This document shows, piece after piece, positions 55,549 to 64,000 of a stretch of 64,000 nt of DNA. Position numbers and translations under genes: made by a program. Every line of letters starts with the position of its first letter. Within the stretch, counting starts at the first letter, position 1. The notes under the pieces were generated by a model that made no database searches, had not been told where the DNA came from, and worked only from the letters and a program-made list of their open reading frames with translations. Source of the stretch: the human T2T-CHM13v2.0 reference genome, Homo sapiens; the NCBI RefSeq assembly GCF_009914755.1, contig NC_060941.1; one strand, written 5' to 3'.

Positions 55549-56064
55549 GAACACAGACCTTCTTTATGGATCTAACATCTTTTAACATCCCATGGCACAC
55601 TTTTGGGAAATGCTGCCTGAGGACCCTGACCCAGATGAACTAGGGCTTCTCTTCTGGGAGAGCTGGCTTCTCTGGTCCTGGGTGAGAAAGCAAGGCTCAC
55701 AGTCTTCCCGCTCTTCCTTCCTGGCTGTAGGAGCTATTGTGTGGATTTCCCAACCCAAGCCCATCAACCCTGTGGGGCAGCCTCGAGGATCTCTGAATCC
55801 ACCCCAGGGTTCTATACACAAGCAACAGACATTCCTTCTCCTAGACCTGCCCAGTAGCAGAACTTGGAGTTTCTAAAGGAGCAGCCAAATTACCCACATG
55901 TAGGTTGCTGGTGATGCTGGCTAAAAGAAACCCTGGCTCTCAAGTAGCCCACTAAACACTCTGCTCCAATTGATTTGATTATAAGTAAATTATTTAATTT
56001 CACCAATTTTCATCTCAACAACTACTACTATCCCTTACATAGCATTTTACAGTATACAAAATCC

Positions 56065-56065
56065 T

Positions 56066-56096
<31 letters not shown>

Positions 56097-56243
56097 TTCA
56101 TTCATTCATTTATTTATTTATTTTGTAGAGATGGGGTTTCACCATGTTGGCCAGGCTGGTATTGAACTCCTGGCCTCAAGCAATCCACCCGCCTTGGCCT
56201 CCCAAAGTGCTGGGATTACATATGTGAGCCACTGCACCCAGTC
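56065..56243 (-). mobile_element. FLAM / Alu left monomer with (TTTA)n tail, inside a MIR-like segment
   Basis: Monomer only; TSD tacaaaa(t/c)ccttt. Confidence 0.82.
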
Positions 56244-56770
56244 CTACAAAACCCTTTCAAATCCATTTCTTTGGTTATCTGCAGCCACTCTGAAATAAGT
56301 ATAGCAAACGTTATTGTTATTTCTCTTCTTATAGAAGAGAAGGCAGCACTCAAAGACCAAATTACTGTGGTCCAAGTGCTGGGCTCAGCTCTGATCTGTG
56401 TATTTAAGGCTTTGCATGCTTACTTCCTCAAATATTTATCAAGGAGCTTTTATCTATCCATTATAATGAAACACATTGCAATGAAGCCGGGTGACTCCCC
56501 TTACTACAGTGAAAGGTGCATTCTGCAAAGCACTGGTAAGAAACAAATGTAGGTTTTGATAGATAGACAGACAGCAATCAAACGTTGGGAGGAGGAGACA
56601 GGCTCAAAGACCAGACAGAGGAGCTTGGGATTAGAGTAGAGAGCCTTGTTTGGTCTTTGAGCAGCAATGACTCAGTGTGTTTCAGGAAGATAAGTTTGGC
56701 AACAATTAACAGAGTGGTTTGGAGAGTGGAGAGAGAAGACTCAGGAAAGCTAGCTAGAAAGAGTTTAAAT

Positions 56771-56915
56771 CAGTGCCTTTCAAATGTTAACGTATGTACC
56801 AATTACCGGAGGATCTCATTAAAAGGCGCTGATTCAGTAAGTTTGGGCAGGACCTTAGATTCTGCATTTCTAACTAGCTCCCAGGTACTGCCAACAATGT
56901 TGATCCATGAGCTCC
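56771..56915. mobile_element. MER5A1-like hAT element
   Basis: ctgattcagtaagtttggg...agattctgcatttctaactagctcccaggt. Confidence 0.65.
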
Positions 56916-56947
56916 AATTTGTACCATCAAGGTTTCAAATAATCTAG

Positions 56948-57306
<359 letters not shown>

Positions 57307-57314
57307 GTGTTACA

Positions 57315-57500
57315 CTCTTAAATTGTGGTCTCCAGACCAGTAGCATCTGCATCACCAGGGAGCTTGTTAGAAATGCACATTCTCAGGCCCCATCCTGGAC
57401 CTGCTGAATCTGAAACTCTGGGCTGGGGCACAAGAATCTGTATTTTAAGAAGCCCTTCAGGTTATTCCCATGCACAGGCAAGTTTAAAAACATTATGCTG
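57315..57500. mobile_element. MER5A
   Basis: gcatcaccagggagcttgttagaaatgca...tgaatctgaaactctggg. Confidence 0.72.
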
Positions 57501-57838
57501 GAAAGCCTTAGGATAGCAAGAGATAAGAGTTTAACTGCAGAATACTGGGAGGTCCTCACTACTGGGCATCCCAGAACTCTTTTCTATGATGTGATTTAAG
57601 ACACTTCTGCTATTAAAAGTCATTGAGTTGCACAACATGTGAGTGCACGTAACGCCATTAACTGTCCACTTAAAAAGGGTTTCAGATGGTAAATTTTCTG
57701 TTACGTCTTACCACAATTTTTAAAAATTATGTGATGCTAAGACCAGTCCCCCCTCTGGCTGCCTTCCTGACAACTATTTACTGCTAACAGAGCTAAGCAG
57801 ATGCCTGTATTGAGGGGGGGCTCCTTCCTTCCCACTAG

Positions 57839-58066
57839 AACATTCACCTGGTGGCCAAGTGGCTCAGCACCCTGGAGAAGAAGCTGGAGGAGCACAGTGA
57901 GAACAGCCACCCAGAGTTCAGGGTCTTCATGAGTGCAGAGCCAGCACCCTCCCCTGAGGGCCACATCATCCCCCAGGGCATCCTGGAGAACTCCATTAAG
58001 ATCACCAATGAGCCCCCCACGGGCATGCATGCCAACCTGCACAAGGCCCTGGACAACTTCACTCAG
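57839..58066 (+). CDS. DNAH9: DNAH9 exon K (228 nt, 76 codons): [14 protein letters not shown]...[12 protein letters not shown]...[29 protein letters not shown] (AAA6)
   Basis: Acceptor cccactag|aac, donor cag|gtacgg; HP-FR and KITNEPP-G-ANL motifs. Confidence 0.94.
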
Positions 58067-58484
58067 GTACGGCCCCGGGAGGGAGGCAAAAACAGCAGCA
58101 CACCTCACAGTCAGCTGATGCAAACTGGTGGGGGGAGAGCATGCAACTCAGAAGGGAGTCGGGTGCTGGTTGGGCTACGGAGCAATGCTGATGTGGGTAA
58201 AATGTTCCCACCTGATGCCCACTCAGGGCAACCCCACTCTCCATTGCCAGATAACCCCAGGGGAGTAGAGCTCAGGACATTTCTTTGGCAAGAGATGTGG
58301 GGAAGCCTTCTGCAAGTTTACTGTTACCTAATATTCCAAGATGAAGAAGGGCACGTTGTTATACATCTCATTGATAAGATACACTGGGTCACACACTGAT
58401 GGGCTATCTTCAGGCAGAGAGATGATACTGTCAATCAGATGATATCACTTGACGTCTACATGAATCTTGAGTATCAAGGGTTCA

Positions 58485-58884
<400 letters not shown>

Positions 58885-59987
58885 TCAAGTGTTCAAATGC
58901 AGACCACTACGTTTCCATTATGGGGAATTTCAAGGCTTATGTTGTAGCGTATTTATTTGAAGCCAGGTCCAAGCCCGTGGTGGCCAACTTTGTATATGAA
59001 GTTGTACTGTCAAAGTCTGCGGCCCAGGCCTCTTTGATCTTCTCAAGAAGGCACTATTTCTTTTTGGTTCTCTCTTGGGAGTTCCACCTCCCTGGGCAGG
59101 AGAGTACCCAAAGGCCTGAATTGTAGCAGAGTGGAGGCCATCGGATCACCTTAAAATCCATCTGCCACACCACGCCTGGGTGGAATTCAAGGAGAGGGTT
59201 CCAGCAGCTGCTAGGGAGGTTTTCTTCTTGGTTGTCATCTTGTCATAGTACCAGTGCATCTCAGGTTTCCCAGAAGCCCTGCCAGCTCACATGTGTCAGA
59301 TGGGTCATGCAGGTTATTTGAGATGGGCCATCCAACAGGATGACTGTGCCACCTAAACCAACATAAACCTTTGGGGTCTGGTTTAAGCCTAAAGTAAGAT
59401 GAAGACCATGTAACAGTCAGAGTCTCAGAAGATTTTACTGACTGTGTGACACCCTTGTAGTGTAGGAGTCCAGCAGCCCAACTCTGGGCGGGAAGCTTCC
59501 ACAAAGATTCAAGGAGCAAAACACATTCAGTACCCCCTGTACTCTTTTTCCCAGCTTAACTCCCAGGCAGTGATTACACCTGCTAAGGTTCCACAACAGG
59601 CAAGAAAAGCATGGTAGGAAGGGAAGATATTAGAGATGGTGCCATGGCATGTGCACCCACACCCCACACCCCGGTACATAACATTCTTATTGCATGTCAC
59701 CCTGATCCCCATCAGCTACATTAGTGAACTTTATTAGCACATCCGTATGCATAAACTTGAACCCTAAACCAAACCCTATTATCACCTGAATCTAAACCTT
59801 AATTCAATGCTCAGCTAACCTGACCCTTCCACACGTTCCCCCCAGGCTGTAGTCTCGCTGTAACTCAAACCCAAACCAGAATATATGGTAATGTTTTCCA
59901 ACACGAACCCTGATTGTAACCTCACCCTAGCCAGCCCCGTATAAGAGAAGTTGTGTGCGAACCTTAAAAGCGACACTCTCATTTCAG

Positions 59988-60179
59988 GACACTCTGGAGA
60001 TGTGTTCTCGGGAGACGGAGTTTAAGAGCATCCTCTTTGCTCTTTGTTACTTCCATGCGGTGGTGGCAGAAAGACGAAAATTTGGGCCCCAGGGATGGAA
60101 TCGCTCATACCCCTTTAACACTGGAGACCTCACTATCTCTGTGAATGTCCTCTACAACTTCCTGGAGGCCAACGCAAAG
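59988..60179 (+). CDS. DNAH9: DNAH9 exon L (192 nt): [48 protein letters not shown]...EANAK (AAA6 lid)
   Basis: Acceptor catttcag|gac, donor aag|gtaaag; FHAVV-ERRKFGP-GWN-Y-F motif. Confidence 0.95.
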
Positions 60180-60258
60180 GTAAAGGCCATGGACATTCAG
60201 GGACCAGCCAGGTTGGGAGAGGGTTAAAATTATTTAATTTTGAGGGGTGAATCAGAGG

Positions 60259-60553
60259 GGTCTAGGATGGGGCCTGAGAATGTGCATTTCTAACAAGCTC
60301 CCTCGTGATGCAGATGCTGCTGATTCGGGGACCATAATTTAAGAGTGTAACACATGGTCATGTTCCAAGCCCCACTCCCCATTACCTGACAGCCAGATTA
60401 TTTGAAACCTTGATAGTACAAATCGGAGCCCATGCATCAACATCATTGGCAGGACCTGGGAGCTAGTTAGAAATGCAGAATCTCAGGTCCCACCCAAACT
60501 TACTGAATCAGCGCATTTTAACGAGATTCTCTGGTAATTCGTATGCACGTTAA
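60259..60553 (-). repeat. Inverted copy of 56787-57401 (minus the AluY): two partial MER5 elements plus their unique spacer
   Basis: Gapless 295-bp reverse-complement alignment, about 32 mismatches by hand count. Confidence 0.88.
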
Positions 60554-61333
60554 GGAGGGATGATGCAGTGCTATCCTACAGAAGGGGCATGAGCACACAG
60601 AAGGGCTGCACCCCACACAGGTGGGATGAGGCAGTGCCAACCCCAGGACTAACCCAAAGGCTGAGAATAGTACAACTGTGAGGTGAGAGCCATGGACGCT
60701 CAGGAAGTCTAACTAGAGACTCACACAGTGAGTCAGTCCCATGAGAGTTTGTCCCGGGCCCCACCAGACCATACCTATGTCTTCACAGCATGGCAGGTAG
60801 ACTGTGATCAGCAGGAAGAGACTTCACACTCGCCTGATATAAGTTCCCAAACTTCGCTAACAATCAGTGCTCTTCCAGTTAAGGGAATATTCACCTCGTC
60901 AAGGTTATTCTAGTTCAGGAGCCAAACACAGAGTCAACAGGGCCACCACCTCTTCCTCGTGGGGAAAACGAACCAGGCCCAGATGCCCTGAGAAATCCTT
61001 CTGTCTCCAGCCCTTGGGCCTGGGAAGCCCACTCAACAGTAATCTTTCATTGCTGGCTTTCCTCCAGTGACCTCCCTCCCTAAGTCTCACACCAATGAAC
61101 TTGTGGGCTTTGTTTATTCCCTTTGAACTTTCAAAGGGGACAGTTAATCTTGTCATTAAAGGCAGAAAATTAGAAAAGTACTCTGGTCCTCACTTTTCTC
61201 CATTTGACATTCACCTATTTAAAGAATTTCTAGGTAGAGCCTGCCTTCACTGTCACAGTTAAAAAGCTTGAAAGAGGGAAGGCATATATATATGGGGCGT
61301 GGGGTTGGCAACTTTCCTGTCTTCACTCTTTGA

Positions 61334-61666
<333 letters not shown>

Positions 61667-61853
61667 TAATGAACTCCCCAAACACCCCTAACCCTGCTGG
61701 GCACTGAGGGTATGGAGAAAAATAAGACATTGCTCTCAATCTCAAGAAGCGTCCCTCTCTTGTGGCTTTCTGTGCTGCCCAGATGGGAGGCCAGCCCCGA
61801 CGCCTGTGTGGAGGTCTTTCTTCCTTCCTCTCTTTCTTTCCCCCATCACTCAG

Positions 61854-62045
61854 GTCCCCTATGATGATTTGCGCTACCTGTTTGGAGAGATCATGTATGG
61901 AGGCCATATCACAGATGACTGGGACAGAAGACTCTGCAGAACCTACCTGGGGGAATTCATTCGACCAGAAATGTTAGAAGGAGAACTGTCTTTGGCCCCA
62001 GGGTTCCCACTCCCAGGCAACATGGACTACAATGGTTATCATCAG
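61854..62045 (+). CDS. DNAH9: DNAH9 exon M (192 nt): [28 protein letters not shown]...[11 protein letters not shown]
   Basis: Long pyrimidine tract then cactcag|gtc, donor cag|gtgaga; [11 protein letters not shown] motif. Confidence 0.95.
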
Positions 62046-62318
62046 GTGAGACTCTGCTCTGTGCTTCTGATGTCGTGAGGGTGCTCACAGGGCCCTGGGT
62101 ATTCCTCCCACGCCGACCTGCACCACCAGGGAAGCCTCTGCTGGGACATCACCATGGGCTGCAGGCAGGGGCTGAGGCAAAAGGGCTTAGACAGCTGAGC
62201 TCATGTCAAATCTGGTCCTATGCCCCAAGCCTGCCCTGTTTAAGTTGAGAGATACGGGATTTCTAGCCTCAAATTAATAATCAAATGGAGCCTTTGGAGA
62301 TCTTTCGATTCTTGATGA

Positions 62319-62725
<407 letters not shown>

Positions 62726-62935
62726 TGACAAAGCCGTTTTTCATGGAGCAAAATTTCAGGCAAGACCTTAGCCAACTTTTGGTAAAGTTTCTGTGGGTGA
62801 TTCTAAATATCCCTGGAGGAGCATGGTCTTGTGCCAAGATCACTCAGGTCACTCACCCCTCCCACTCCGTGTTGGTGGCTATGAACACAGGCACATACCG
62901 CATACGTATGCCACAGTCAGCATTCTCATGAAGGC

Positions 62936-63236
62936 TTTCTTTTCTTTTCTTTTATGAGACGGAGTCTTGATCTGTCACCCAGGCTGGAATACAGTGGTGC
63001 GATCTTGGCTCACTGCAACCTCCGCCTCCCAGGTTCAAGCTATTCTCCCTGCCTCAGCCTCCTGAGTAGCTGGGATTACAGGCCCCCACCACCACACCCG
63101 GTTTTTGTATTTTTTAGTGGAGACGGGGTTTCATCGTGTTGGCGAAGCTGGTCTCGAACTCCTAACCTCAGGTGATCCACCTGCCTCGGCCTCCCAAAGT
63201 GCTGGGATTACAGGTGTGAGCCAGCACGCCCGGCCT
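62936..63236 (-). mobile_element. AluS
   Basis: Antisense dimer. Confidence 0.87.
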
Positions 63237-63347
63237 CATGGAGGTTTTCTTACTATTACTTCGGTCTTTTATGTTACTATTACCACAGCTATGTTTAAAG
63301 TATTCATCTTTGCCTATTTCACCTTCCATGGAAAACATTCCAAAAGA

Positions 63348-63648
<301 letters not shown>

Positions 63649-64000
63649 CGAAAGATATTTTTTAGCAGTTTTTATTGGTAGGCTTTTGAACATGCCTAGA
63701 AAAACTCTTGAATATAAAACATAAGGGAAATATTGATCACAGGAATATTAACTGCAAGCTTTAAAAAAATTTCTTTAATTCATTAAACTTAAGGGTAAAT
63801 CGTAAAAGTCATTTGATCCAGAAAAATTGGACCTATAAGAGGAGATTTAAAACAATAAAGCTCTTTAAGGAAAATAAGAGGAAATGTTTTTAACTACTTC
63901 ACCAAAGGCAAAAAGGCTTTTCCCGGGAAAATTGTGCAACAGCGTCCCCTAGTGTCCATGGGATAATTCGACAGGAGGCTGGAGCAAGTAACAGGCAAAG

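Noticed and set aside
57737-58123. Antisense ORFs over exons (also at 9140, 11456, 30476)
   Set aside because: Shadow frames of coding exons with no independent evidence.
57851-58399. 182-aa ORF extending beyond exon K
   Set aside because: Dynein similarity stops at the donor at 58066; the rest is intron read-through.

Overview
Primate (most likely human) genomic DNA lying inside one large + strand gene: 13 internal coding exons (2891..62045, all GT-AG) splice in frame to 2247 nt / 749 codons of an axonemal outer-arm beta-type dynein heavy chain that I recognise as DNAH9 (AAA5, buttress coiled coil, AAA6 and its lid). Neither gene end is in the window. The introns hold about 43 Alu/FLAM copies, L1 and L2 fragments, ERV/MaLR LTRs and hAT/Tigger DNA-transposon fossils, many nested and with readable target-site duplications (TSDs). 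Almost all ORF-track entries are repeat artefacts. The most interesting unexplained structure is a ~295-bp gapless inverted duplication (~89% identity by hand count, including non-repeat spacer DNA) bracketing two in-frame exons (228+192 = 420 nt). It is overlaid by an inverted AluY pair around the 228-nt exon alone, suggesting competing pre-mRNA stems that could drive in-frame skipping or a stop-free circRNA. Two further short-range templated duplications are also visible. Repeat subfamily names come from recalled consensus sequences and repeat boundaries are approximate.
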